Virus record (IMG/VR): IMGVR_UViG_3300043399_000170
Coordinates: 1-63,236 of that record
Reading direction: 5' to 3' (one strand)
Source: a virus
Lineage: Duplodnaviria > Caudoviricetes
Length of the DNA: 63,236 nt
Numbering within the stretch: position 1 is the first letter of the stretch; each line of letters starts with the position of its first letter. The translations under genes were made by a program, and so were the position numbers. Shown here piece after piece: positions 36,632-45,509 of this stretch. The notes below the pieces were generated by a model that saw nothing but the letters and a program-made list of their open reading frames with translations, had not been told where the DNA came from and made no database searches.

Positions 36632-37534
36632 TTATGCCGCTATCTGCGTCCAAGTGGTTGTTTGAGAATCATTTATTGAGGTCCAAGTGGGGGATTGTCC
36701 ATCTATGACCGGAACCCAGTCTGGGTATTGGCCTGTCTCAATTAGGCCCCAAATCAGAACCCCGGCATTCACATACCCGGTGGCCTGAACACCGACAACG
36801 TAAACCGACATATCATTGTCGATAACGACAGACCCGACATAGCCAACGGCGTCAGATCCAGAAACATCCACGTTGGCGTCTGCTTTGATTATAGCATCCC
36901 CAACCGAAGTTGTGCCAGAGACGCCAGAGACATCAATGACTTGATCTGTTGTTATTGTCGGTGTGCCAGCAGCGCCAATCGCTACTAAGCCAATAACATA
37001 GGCATTTGCGTCTGCGTTTACATCAACGACTCCGGCGCTGCCAGTGGCCGTATCACCCGTGACATAAACATAATTTACGCTACGGACATTGACCGTGCCG
37101 ACCTCACCAGTGGAACTAACGCCATTGATTAGTGGAACTGCATTGATCTTGACGAGCGGAACGCCAACAAGCCCGTCAGCCGCTACACCAAAAACCGACA
37201 CGGATTGATTGATTTTTACCGCTGGATCTGTAACAGACCCCGTTGCGGAAACCCCAGACACCACGATATTGGCATCTGCAATAACAGTTACCGCCCCGGC
37301 AAAACCAATTCCCTGCTCACCCACGACAGAAGTGACGGAGCTTCCTTTCGCGGAAACTGTGCCGACAGACCCCGTTGCGGAGACGCCAGTAACAGAAGCT
37401 TTGACGCCCGCCTTAACAGCGACAGCACCAACGCCGCTTGTAGCGCCTGTGTTTAACGCACTTGAATACCCCCAAGGGGCATCGCCCCAGCCAAACGAGC
37501 CCCAACCTTGGAATGGGACGATCACTCCGGCCAT
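36632..37534 (-). CDS. Val/Gly/Ser-rich virion protein
   Basis: Repeated V.GVSATG.VG units; GWG motifs. Confidence 0.75.
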   Translation of the reverse strand: MAGVIVPFQGWGSFGWGDAPWGYSSALNTGATSGVGAVAVKAGVKASVTGVSATGSVGTVSAKGSSVTSVVGEQGIGFAGAVTVIADANIVVSGVSATGSVTDPAVKINQSVSVFGVAADGLVGVPLVKINAVPLINGVSSTGEVGTVNVRSVNYVYVTGDTATGSAGVVDVNADANAYVIGLVAIGAAGTPTITTDQVIDVSGVSGTTSVGDAIIKADANVDVSGSDAVGYVGSVVIDNDMSVYVVGVQATGYVNAGVLIWGLIETGQYPDWVPVIDGQSPTWTSINDSQTTTWTQIAA

Positions 37535-37544
37535 GGCCTACTCC

Positions 37545-37973
37545 TTAAGCGATACGGATGATCGCGTCAGTTGCGTTAGCCGTTGGGAAAACAATCACGA
37601 AATCGCCATTAGACGATGACTTGTCTGAGCCAAACGCCAGCGTGATGACCGAGGCATTAGAGGAGTTCGCGTTGTAAATAAGAGCGCCGTTTGCCGTGAT
37701 TGTGGAGCTGGCCCAAGTCACATCCGCAAAATCAACATAAGCCGTTGTGCCGGAAGTTGTAGGAGATACGGAGGTCAACGTCGCACCACCCGCCGTGTAG
37801 CCGGTGCCAATAACCTCGTTGCCAGATGCATAAGCGGTTGTGGAAGCGCCAAGAGTTGCGGACGATGTATAGAGCGCAATCTTGAACGTATTGCCGCCGG
37901 GGTTGTCAAAATCGTGAAGGCCAGACATAAGCTGGCTCTTGAACGATGTAGTCATGCTTGTAGAAATAGCCAT
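37545..37973 (-). CDS. Virion structural protein
   Basis: SFK...G.HDF...FK.ALYTS...GY.AGG...A.GALIYN. Confidence 0.75.
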   Translation of the reverse strand: MAISTSMTTSFKSQLMSGLHDFDNPGGNTFKIALYTSSATLGASTTAYASGNEVIGTGYTAGGATLTSVSPTTSGTTAYVDFADVTWASSTITANGALIYNANSSNASVITLAFGSDKSSSNGDFVIVFPTANATDAIIRIA

Positions 37974-38257
37974 TACAGCCTCCTGATGATGTCGGCCATA
38001 TCAGTATGGCCCTGTTTTCCTAGCTGCGCTGCCAGCGTAGTTCTGTCTGACATAACAGCCCGTTTCATGTAGTGAATGATCGCGGGGCGGATCTGACTCT
38101 TAAAGGCCAGAGCTTGATCGCGAATCGCCGGGTGTGCCTCTGAGGAAATGAACAAGAGTTTATTCAACAGATCCTCAGCGATTTCCTCTACGGTAAAACC
38201 CCGCTCATGCGTGGTCCTAACCTCAAATGCTCCTACGGAGCCAAATCCATTACTCAT
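37973..38257 (-). CDS. Conserved virion-region protein
   Basis: TT..RG.T.EE.A...P.IR.QA.AF. Confidence 0.7.
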   Translation of the reverse strand: MSNGFGSVGAFEVRTTHERGFTVEEIAEDLLNKLLFISSEAHPAIRDQALAFKSQIRPAIIHYMKRAVMSDRTTLAAQLGKQGHTDMADIIRRL

Positions 38258-38901
38258 CAGTTCGGTGTGATTCGGGGTTCTGAATTTCTGTATGTGTCGG
38301 AACGATTGCGACCTTCACCGATCATCTTCAGCGCCTTTAGCGATTCCTCATACTTACCGGCATAAAGCGAGATAAGATCCTGCTCACCCTTCAGGTAAGT
38401 GTATGCCTCAAACAAGCATCCATACAGCAGGGTGTTCTCCGCATTTTCGCTAAGCCATGTGCCGGAAGTCTGATCAACGATTGACGGCGGTTCATAGAAG
38501 TAGTGAAGTTCCACTTCGTAATTCGCATCCGGGGGCGGGGCGATAAGGAAGGTGTCGTTGTCAAAGATTGCATAATAACGCGGAACACCCGTCGTTGACG
38601 TAGATGGATATGCCTCGCGCAGAAACGCCACCTCTTTAGGGAGCAAATACTCGTAGTTGCCGTTGTTATTAACGGCAATTGAGTATGTAGCGAGGTAATC
38701 CGTCGGTGTTGTTAAGTAACGATTATTCTGCGTCAGGTTGCCCGTCACGTTCTTCTTGAGAACGGGGATCTGCACATCATAGTAGATACGCTGCTCAGCC
38801 TGCCGAATGATTGTATTCATGTCGGTGGTGGAAATACCATTCGAGTCTACCTGAAGGTAGCCGTGAATGGCGTCTACAAGCTGTGCATAGGTAAAGGACA
38901 T
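38257..38901 (-). CDS. Head-tail adaptor / tail tubular-like protein
   Basis: AE.RI...G.P.YYA...ELHY...LLYG.L.EA..Y.KG. Confidence 0.75.
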   Translation of the reverse strand: MSFTYAQLVDAIHGYLQVDSNGISTTDMNTIIRQAEQRIYYDVQIPVLKKNVTGNLTQNNRYLTTPTDYLATYSIAVNNNGNYEYLLPKEVAFLREAYPSTSTTGVPRYYAIFDNDTFLIAPPPDANYEVELHYFYEPPSIVDQTSGTWLSENAENTLLYGCLFEAYTYLKGEQDLISLYAGKYEESLKALKMIGEGRNRSDTYRNSEPRITPN

Positions 38902-39068
38902 TAGCCCTGCTTCTCCGAGATCTTAAGGCCCTTGGTGGCAGCACCGCCGCCACGCATCTTCATGGGCTTCTTGAGAACCTTCATGTTGCCGACGTTGACA
39001 CCACGGCGCATGCCGCCTTCAACAGTGGCGTCAGACGGATCCTTGAGTCGTGCGTTCTGCTTAGCCAT
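38901..39068 (-). CDS. Small basic protein (55 aa; not in ORF track)
   Basis: MAKQNARL...MRGGGAATKG; TAATG-coupled on both sides. Confidence 0.7.
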   Translation of the reverse strand: MAKQNARLKDPSDATVEGGMRRGVNVGNMKVLKKPMKMRGGGAATKGLKISEKQG

Positions 39069-39352
39069 TAGCGACCCCGCTGAATTTTTGTCTTCTGGAT
39101 ACGCCCAACGCCACTACCGGCACCAGCCTTCATATCCTTGTGGGAACGAGCAGGCTTGCCGACAATACCGCCGCGAGCCATCTTCTTCGGCTTCTTATCG
39201 TAAGTCACAGAGCTACCGCCTGTAACGTCACGAGAATGCGGATCCATGATTTCCTCGATAAGGCGACGAAGACCCTTGCGATCCTTGTCGGTGTAACCCT
39301 TGTCTTTGGTTACCTTGCCACCTTCGGCCATCTTCTTATAAGTATACTTCAT
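39068..39352 (-). CDS. Small basic protein with MxxGG motifs
   Basis: KKMAEGG, KKMARGG, AGAGSGVGR. Confidence 0.7.
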   Translation of the reverse strand: MKYTYKKMAEGGKVTKDKGYTDKDRKGLRRLIEEIMDPHSRDVTGGSSVTYDKKPKKMARGGIVGKPARSHKDMKAGAGSGVGRIQKTKIQRGR

Positions 39353-39354
39353 CT

Positions 39355-39798
39355 TTACACCATCTTTCCACGGCCCTTGCCGCGCTGCGCTGCGCCGCAA
39401 CCCCGAACAAGGCCGCCATTCTTCATTGTCTTTCCCTTGGGCGACCACGGGAATTTGCCTTCACTATCTTCCGTCTTCTTCACGGGAGCGATAGCCGGAG
39501 TGCGAGACATCTTGCCCTTCATATCGAAGTCAACATCCATGATGCGCGGGCCAGTTGTACGGAGTCGAAGCTTTGCCTTCTCCGCCTTGTCGTCCTTATC
39601 GTCCTTGTCGTTCTTGCCCTTTGACTTATTAACATTCGCCTCGCTGAACGGGATGAAATTACCGCTGATCTGAATGCCGGGGTTGCCAGCACTGTCACGG
39701 CCAATCATCATACCCGGCATACCAAACCCTTCACGGGGCTTGTTGAGGCCGAAGCCCTTCATCATGCTTTCAAATGGATTCTTGTCGTCCTTAGCCAT
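39355..39798 (-). CDS. Basic protein with MKNGG..RG.G.A.RG tail
   Basis: Coupled ORF. Confidence 0.7.
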   Translation of the reverse strand: MAKDDKNPFESMMKGFGLNKPREGFGMPGMMIGRDSAGNPGIQISGNFIPFSEANVNKSKGKNDKDDKDDKAEKAKLRLRTTGPRIMDVDFDMKGKMSRTPAIAPVKKTEDSEGKFPWSPKGKTMKNGGLVRGCGAAQRGKGRGKMV

Positions 39799-40905
39799 TT
39801 AACGGCCCTTTCCACGGGATGTATTGCGCTTTGCCACACCGCCCTTCGCCATCGTAGCGCCCATGCCCTTGCGAGCAAGGCCACCACCACGATACGCGGT
39901 CGCTGATTTCTTTGTTGCCGCCACAGGGCCACCAGCGGCCTTGCGCTTGCCGCCAGCACGGCCAGCGGCAGACTGACCCTTAACGGCGGAGGACTTCGTC
40001 CCCATCTTGTTACGAGCGCCAGACTTCTGCTGATTTGTGCCGAGAAGACCAGACACTCGCTTCTGCTCAGACTGCCAATGCTGGCGGAGTTCATTCGGCA
40101 CAGGGAAACCCTGCCCCTTATAATACTGTACCATCTTCTGAACGTAATTCTTGTCGCCCGGCTGAGTGCCAAACTTCTGGAGATACGCCTTATCTGTGGC
40201 CTCGTTGCTACCAATATAGCGCGGGACATAGGGCTGCTGCTGCATCGGCTGCTGCATCGGCTGCTGCTGATACTGCGGCTGAGGCGGCTGGTACTGCTGC
40301 TGCGGCTGGTACTGATGCATGGTCTGCATACCATAAGGCTGCATTCCGTACTGCTCGTAGCCGCTATAGTCGCTCATGTCGCCATAGCCACCCATCATGC
40401 CCTGATTGTACATGGGATAACGAACCATGTTTTCGGGGTTTGGCTGATTGATCTGCTGTTGATCAACATTGCCATAACCACCACCAATCGGCATTTCCAT
40501 TGTGCGCGGCTGACCAATGAAGTTTTGCTGCTGGCCCATTGTGTTGCCATACCCGGCACCGCCCGTGAGATCGCCAAGAACATCACCAATAATGCCACCA
40601 GCAGGGGCGGCAACCTGACCGGACATAAGTTCGCGCTTCTGGCCACGAAGGTTCTGCACCTTATCCTGAAGCCGATCTACGCGATTCTGAAGCCGGTTGT
40701 TCTGGTTGGTCATCTTATTATTGGGCATGCTGCCGGGCTGACCAACAGGCTGGCGCTGAGCGGGGTTCTTGCCGCCAGCGGGAGCCATCTTGTTCTGCTG
40801 TTGGCCGGTAAAACCACCAGAGGGCTGGTTCTTTACACCCATCCGCATCTGCATGGCCTGCCCGCCGTCAGCATAGCGATTGCCGAAAGTCTTGCGATTA
40901 CTCAT
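39799..40905 (-). CDS. Gln/Gly/Met-rich low-complexity protein
   Basis: Start MSNRK coupled to the upstream stop; QQP/QQY repeats; xxGG motifs. Confidence 0.7.
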   Translation of the reverse strand: MSNRKTFGNRYADGGQAMQMRMGVKNQPSGGFTGQQQNKMAPAGGKNPAQRQPVGQPGSMPNNKMTNQNNRLQNRVDRLQDKVQNLRGQKRELMSGQVAAPAGGIIGDVLGDLTGGAGYGNTMGQQQNFIGQPRTMEMPIGGGYGNVDQQQINQPNPENMVRYPMYNQGMMGGYGDMSDYSGYEQYGMQPYGMQTMHQYQPQQQYQPPQPQYQQQPMQQPMQQQPYVPRYIGSNEATDKAYLQKFGTQPGDKNYVQKMVQYYKGQGFPVPNELRQHWQSEQKRVSGLLGTNQQKSGARNKMGTKSSAVKGQSAAGRAGGKRKAAGGPVAATKKSATAYRGGGLARKGMGATMAKGGVAKRNTSRGKGR

Positions 40906-41261
40906 TAGAGTTCTCCGGAATACGTGATGGGACTTGGGATCCCGTTGAGAATGATGCCGATAACCCCGACCTGTCCGGTGCCGTAAACAGCGGGATTTCC
41001 TACGGGGTTCCAGCCCCAAAGTTCACGGCTGACAACCTGTGCTGTATCGGGGCGGGGATTGTAGAGAGCGATTGGGTCGTTAATTGGAACGCGGCCAACA
41101 AAATACTGCGGATGATCTTTGTCGAGGCAGTAAGGGCAGTTGCGGATATTTGTGATGCGACCGGCTACAACTTGAGGCTTCAGATCCTTTAAGTCATACC
41201 TCTGGTTGCAGGTGTCACAAAACCCGAAGCTCCATTTTCCTTTTGCGTATGGAACCGACAT
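40905..41261 (-). CDS. Small Zn-binding virion-region protein
   Basis: CDTC...CPYC..DHPQ...PRPD. Confidence 0.75.
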   Translation of the reverse strand: MSVPYAKGKWSFGFCDTCNQRYDLKDLKPQVVAGRITNIRNCPYCLDKDHPQYFVGRVPINDPIALYNPRPDTAQVVSRELWGWNPVGNPAVYGTGQVGVIGIILNGIPSPITYSGEL

Positions 41262-41273
41262 CTAGATTATACC

Positions 41274-41975
41274 TTAGAAATCGTAACCAACAAACGGCAC
41301 GAACCTGTCGCTGGAGCGGTCCCGATCTTCATCAGCGGCCAATTGGTATGCCTCATCAGCAAGATCCTTTAGCATTGAAATTCGCTCCTGAGCCTCTGGC
41401 TTCTTGAGCGCGATATGATAGGAAAGAGCAGCAACGAGTGCGTTGTAGAACCGAAACGGAACTTCAATTGTCTGGCTAACGGGGTTCGTGGCATCATCCA
41501 TACGCTTCAGATACCAGTACGCGAGCGTGTAGGTGGCGCTGGAGTCTGGCACCGGCCAGAGCGTGATCTGCGGTGAATTTGTGGCGCGGTTGACGTAGAT
41601 CTGGTACGGACGCCCGCCCTGATCTTTCGTCGGGATGTTCGCATATGTGGACACCGAAATGCGATTGAGCGAAATGTCTGTCGCAATACCGGCTGTCGTT
41701 GTGCGGCACACATGCTCAATGTAGTCCACGGCGTCAGCAGGCAGGCCGTCAGCGGATGTATATGTCTTCTGCCCGGGGACAAGAGTCAATGTGCCGGATT
41801 GAACCGTCCACAAATTGAGGCCACGATTCGCCCATTCAGCGAGGATAAAGTTAAGGCTGCGGCGGGCTGTTTTAAGGTCATAACCAGAGCGCAACTCAAG
41901 GCCAGCCCTTTCGTAGGCTTCCTCGACCAATTCCCCGATATCGGGGTTCCATGTTGTCGTACCGCTTGTAGCCAT
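41274..41975 (-). CDS. Head-tail connector (tail tubular A-like)
   Basis: MATSGT...EEAYER.G...ARRSLN....WANRG.NLW...WPVPD. Confidence 0.75.
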   Translation of the reverse strand: MATSGTTTWNPDIGELVEEAYERAGLELRSGYDLKTARRSLNFILAEWANRGLNLWTVQSGTLTLVPGQKTYTSADGLPADAVDYIEHVCRTTTAGIATDISLNRISVSTYANIPTKDQGGRPYQIYVNRATNSPQITLWPVPDSSATYTLAYWYLKRMDDATNPVSQTIEVPFRFYNALVAALSYHIALKKPEAQERISMLKDLADEAYQLAADEDRDRSSDRFVPFVGYDF

Positions 41976-41984
41976 TTTCTGTCC

Positions 41985-42170
41985 TAAATGTGAGCCCCGC
42001 TCCAAGAGGCATACCGCCGATTACAGGAGCCGCCTGCCCAAATGCTCACGTTCCCCACTATCTCAGTATTTGCCGCGATTGTTCCGATCTGGATCTTTCG
42101 GGCCGAGCTTTTTAGAACCGCGACGGTGAACGGGCTTTGACCGCCCACGGCTCTTCTTGGTGAAAAGGGG
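41985..42170 (-). ncRNA. Candidate structured RNA in a 230-nt intergenic gap
   Basis: Helices CCAAGA/UCUUGG, GAGCCG/CGGCUC, GUCGCGGUU/AAUCGCGGC, UGGGC/GCCCG; pseudoknot GUGAGC/GCUCAC. Confidence 0.5.
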
Positions 42171-42205
42171 AATTGTGTTCCCGATTGCGTCTTTCTTTGC
42201 CACGC

Positions 42206-44371
42206 TTAAACTTCCGCTGAATCACCCCGAAGGGCCAGATATTCCTGATAATCATTATAGTCCGGGTCGCCCGGAGATGGAATGTCGATGCCGCGATCCC
42301 AAAGGTCGTACTGGTCCCGCGCTCCAGTCTTGCGGCGTCTTCTGGCCTGAACGCGAGGCTCGGTTTCGTCTTCTGGATAAGTAAACGTGTCGTTGAACGC
42401 CATAAACTGGTTACCCTTGTTTCCGGGCTCAACAGACGGAATTCCGCCAGTGAACGTGGTGCCATACCCCGGCGTTGTGGTTTGCCCAGCCATCTCAGCC
42501 ATCTGCTGCTGACGAAGCGGGTTGGCGCGTTCATAATTGGCAACAGACTCTCCGGGGTCCATGATCTGATTAGACCCATAAGCGATCTCCTCGCCAGCTT
42601 CTCCAACGGCACCCGGAAGCATTCCAATGCCCTCGCCAACGAGATTGACACCACGGACAAATGCACGAGCAAGCGGATTTGAGATAGTTGCGCGGCCAAT
42701 AATTCCAGCAACGCGAGCCTTTTCCGTCTGGTCTGACGTCAATGGATATGGCTCATCAGTTTGGCGAGCAAACCGAAGCTTGTTCATATATTCGCTCTGC
42801 ACTTCGGGAGGGAGATTAGCGATGTCTTCTGCGGTGTATGGAGTCCCATCGGGCTTTGTTGGATAACCATACTTGCTCTTAATAACGCCAGCCTCAACGC
42901 CCGTAGATACATTCGGCTCAAGGCTTGGCATCGTCGGAGTAGATGCAGCAACTTGTGTCTGCGCCGGTCCAAGAGCCTGCTTAAGCGCACCAATACCAGT
43001 AGAGAATTGATCCGCCAAGCTGACACCAGACATAGCCTCTGCAACGCCCTTGTTAACCATCGCCTGATATGCGGATTCAGGCATAACTTTCTTGGCGAAA
43101 GCAAGGGCGGATTTCTGCGCTTGAGTTGCCTCTGGAATAGAAGGAAGATTTATTCCACCCGCCCCGCTGGAAAGACGCATTAGCGCACTTATCCCAGCCG
43201 TAGCAATTGGATCCGATAGCATGCCGGGGTTGTATGATTCTTCGGTGTCCGCCAACTCAATCTCAGCCGTGGCGCTAGGGTTTCGTTCAAGCTCGGCATA
43301 ATTGATCTTAATTTTTGGAGTTGTCCCAGCCATATGCGACTTAAGGGCAGATTGCATTGTCTTGGGCAGATTAGAAATACTCGCCCCGCCATAAGACGGC
43401 CCCCAAACTCGTTGACCTCCTACATCGACATGGATCTTGCCGGGCCTATACCCACCAATCCCAGAGAAGCCAACACCAGACGCCATATTGATAAGGCTGG
43501 CAGTCTCTGCTGCGGAAGCACCGGGAATTGCAATGTCGATTGCATTGCCGTGAATGTGCTGAGACTTTTTAGCGCCACCACGTTTTACATTCTCGGATGG
43601 GGATCGAACGCCGCTAGTAATTGTTAGCGGACTGCCAAATTCCTCCTGAAGCCTGACGATCTTTGACAAAGCAGTGGGATTTACGCCGCTGAATACGTCT
43701 CTTTCCTGCTGGATGAATTTACTCGGGTCATTAAGCGGGTTCATCCGTGGAATCGGCGCTGTTTCTGTACTAGGAGGAGATACGGAAACTGGATCAGCAA
43801 CGGCAAGTCCGTAACTCTGAGAAGCCATCTGCGACAGCGTGCCAAAAACTTGCCCACCGCCGATCTGCACAGGCTGCTGCTGTGGGCCAATGCTAATCGA
43901 TCCGATACCGCCACGAGCGGCATCCTGAGACAGTGCTGCATTACGCGCAGCCTCAGTCGCCGCCTTGACCTCCGCAGCCTGCTTTGCAGCCTCGTCAGAC
44001 GAACGTTCGGCCTCGGCATTTGCATATGCCGCCGCAGCGGCTGCATTCGGAGCGCTGGACGTAGATGAGGTTGTTGTGCCGGTAGAGCCAGTTGAGGCAC
44101 CCAGAGAGCCACTATCGGAGCTTCCGCCTGTCGTTCCACCCACATTCGTATTGGTGCCAGAGCCCGTCCAGTTGCCGGTGCTATTGGCCGAACCGCCCCA
44201 GTCAGGCGGGAACGAAGGAAGCCCCATGGGGCCACGCTCCATATTGTTGCCGTTGATGCGCTTGAGCGCCTCCATCTCCTGCCAGTTCAGATAGGCAAGA
44301 TACTCCTTCGGACGGCCCTTTCCGGGGTCGTAGGAAAGCGGGGCTGTGACCTTCTTCTTGTCTTTGCTCAT
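42206..44371 (-). CDS. Virion-associated protein with peptidase M15 (peptidoglycan endopeptidase) domain
   Basis: ITSGVRS..N...GGAKKSQH..GNAIDI...GIG.Y...IHVDV. Confidence 0.8.
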   Translation of the reverse strand: MSKDKKKVTAPLSYDPGKGRPKEYLAYLNWQEMEALKRINGNNMERGPMGLPSFPPDWGGSANSTGNWTGSGTNTNVGGTTGGSSDSGSLGASTGSTGTTTSSTSSAPNAAAAAAYANAEAERSSDEAAKQAAEVKAATEAARNAALSQDAARGGIGSISIGPQQQPVQIGGGQVFGTLSQMASQSYGLAVADPVSVSPPSTETAPIPRMNPLNDPSKFIQQERDVFSGVNPTALSKIVRLQEEFGSPLTITSGVRSPSENVKRGGAKKSQHIHGNAIDIAIPGASAAETASLINMASGVGFSGIGGYRPGKIHVDVGGQRVWGPSYGGASISNLPKTMQSALKSHMAGTTPKIKINYAELERNPSATAEIELADTEESYNPGMLSDPIATAGISALMRLSSGAGGINLPSIPEATQAQKSALAFAKKVMPESAYQAMVNKGVAEAMSGVSLADQFSTGIGALKQALGPAQTQVAASTPTMPSLEPNVSTGVEAGVIKSKYGYPTKPDGTPYTAEDIANLPPEVQSEYMNKLRFARQTDEPYPLTSDQTEKARVAGIIGRATISNPLARAFVRGVNLVGEGIGMLPGAVGEAGEEIAYGSNQIMDPGESVANYERANPLRQQQMAEMAGQTTTPGYGTTFTGGIPSVEPGNKGNQFMAFNDTFTYPEDETEPRVQARRRRKTGARDQYDLWDRGIDIPSPGDPDYNDYQEYLALRGDSAEV

Positions 44372-44547
44372 TTCATCCTCTTCGGACGGCGAGTACGGCG
44401 CGGACGCCGAGCCTCGCTCAATGCGATTGCGACGGCCTGTGACTTTTTTACAACTTTCTGGCCCGATGAAGACCGAAGTGTACCGGCCTTGAATTCATCG
44501 TACACCTTCCCTATCTTTAATTCTCTAGAAGAGGGCTTTTTAACCAT
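44368..44547 (-). CDS. Small basic DUF6496-like protein, probably the 3' part of an interrupted gene
   Basis: KIGKV..EFKAGTL.S.SG..V....QA.AIALSEA. Confidence 0.65.
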   Translation of the reverse strand: MVKKPSSRELKIGKVYDEFKAGTLRSSSGQKVVKKSQAVAIALSEARRPRRTRRPKRMK

Positions 44548-45049
44548 GACAGATACCATTGAAATTTGGCGTCCAGTGATTGGACATGATGGGTACGAAG
44601 TTAGCAACTTGGGACGGGTTGCCGTTATAAAGAACGGGAATAGGGTTCTCAGAAAACCAAACTCTGCGACTCAATACTTGACGGTTTCCTTTAGGAAACG
44701 ACCCAATGACAAGACGCAAAAAACCCAAGCTATACATTACTTGGTTGCGGAGTCGTTTATCGGACCAAGACCAGATAGTGCTGTTATCCGGCACTTGGAT
44801 GGGAATAGGTACAACAATGAAGCGAGCAATCTTGCCTACGGAACCCCGAACGAGAATGTCTACGACGACATCAAACACGCAGTAAGAAAGGGCGCAAAAA
44901 ATGGCCGAGCTGTCCTTGATGAGCGCCATGTTGCCCTTATAAAGCTGCTCCTTGGGGCAGGGTTTGGGACATCCGAGTTGGCCCGTGTTTTGATGGTTAG
45001 CATTGGCACCATACATGCGATTAAAACCGGCAAAAATTGGAAGTCTTAG
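44546..45049 (+). CDS. NUMOD4-HNH homing endonuclease, antisense to the late operon
   Basis: EIWRPV.G..GYEVSNLGRV; H.LVAE.F.GPRP...RHLDGN..NN..SNL.YGT..EN. Confidence 0.9.
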   Translation: MTDTIEIWRPVIGHDGYEVSNLGRVAVIKNGNRVLRKPNSATQYLTVSFRKRPNDKTQKTQAIHYLVAESFIGPRPDSAVIRHLDGNRYNNEASNLAYGTPNENVYDDIKHAVRKGAKNGRAVLDERHVALIKLLLGAGFGTSELARVLMVSIGTIHAIKTGKNWKS

Positions 45050-45089
45050 AAGTAACTTGCTTACCCATATTGGAGCGAGAAATAGCCAT

Positions 45090-45509
45090 TCACTTCTTCA
45101 CAATCATTGAAGCAATTTTTTCAAGACTGCGGCCACCAATATAGCCACCAAGGCAGATAATGACAGCGTCCATGATCCACTTGAGAAGCTCATCGCCAAC
45201 ACGGACGGGCGGTGCGCCAAACCAACCAACCATGATTGGCGTGATCAGACCATAGAATATGACGACGAAAGCAAATGCCACAGCAACCATGGGACGCCAG
45301 TTGCGCTGCAACCAGTTCTCACCATTGGCTTCAGCCATGATTACATCAGCCTGCGTCTTCGACACTTCATTAAATGTGCCGAGGATTGTCTTCTCGATGT
45401 CGCGGCGAAGCTGAGCCTCGCTGATCTGCTTCTGGTTATAGCCCTTGTAAAGCTCGACAAGACTGCCGACCAATGGACCCATAACAAGCTTTAAGATTGT
45501 CGCGATCAT
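45090..45509 (-). CDS. Holin (3-TM, gene-transfer-release type)
   Basis: EA..E.WLQRNWRP; GGYI.GRS.EK; follows the lysozyme. Confidence 0.8.
   Translation of the reverse strand: MIATILKLVMGPLVGSLVELYKGYNQKQISEAQLRRDIEKTILGTFNEVSKTQADVIMAEANGENWLQRNWRPMVAVAFAFVVIFYGLITPIMVGWFGAPPVRVGDELLKWIMDAVIICLGGYIGGRSLEKIASMIVKK

Noticed and set aside
40200-40400. CAG-rich tandem repeats as a regulatory array
   Set aside because: Explained by a Gln/Pro/Tyr low-complexity coding sequence
44526-45052. Group I intron or ribosomal bypass around the antisense HNH
   Set aside because: No space or motifs for a ribozyme core; 521 nt is far longer than the roughly 50-nt T4 gene 60 bypass
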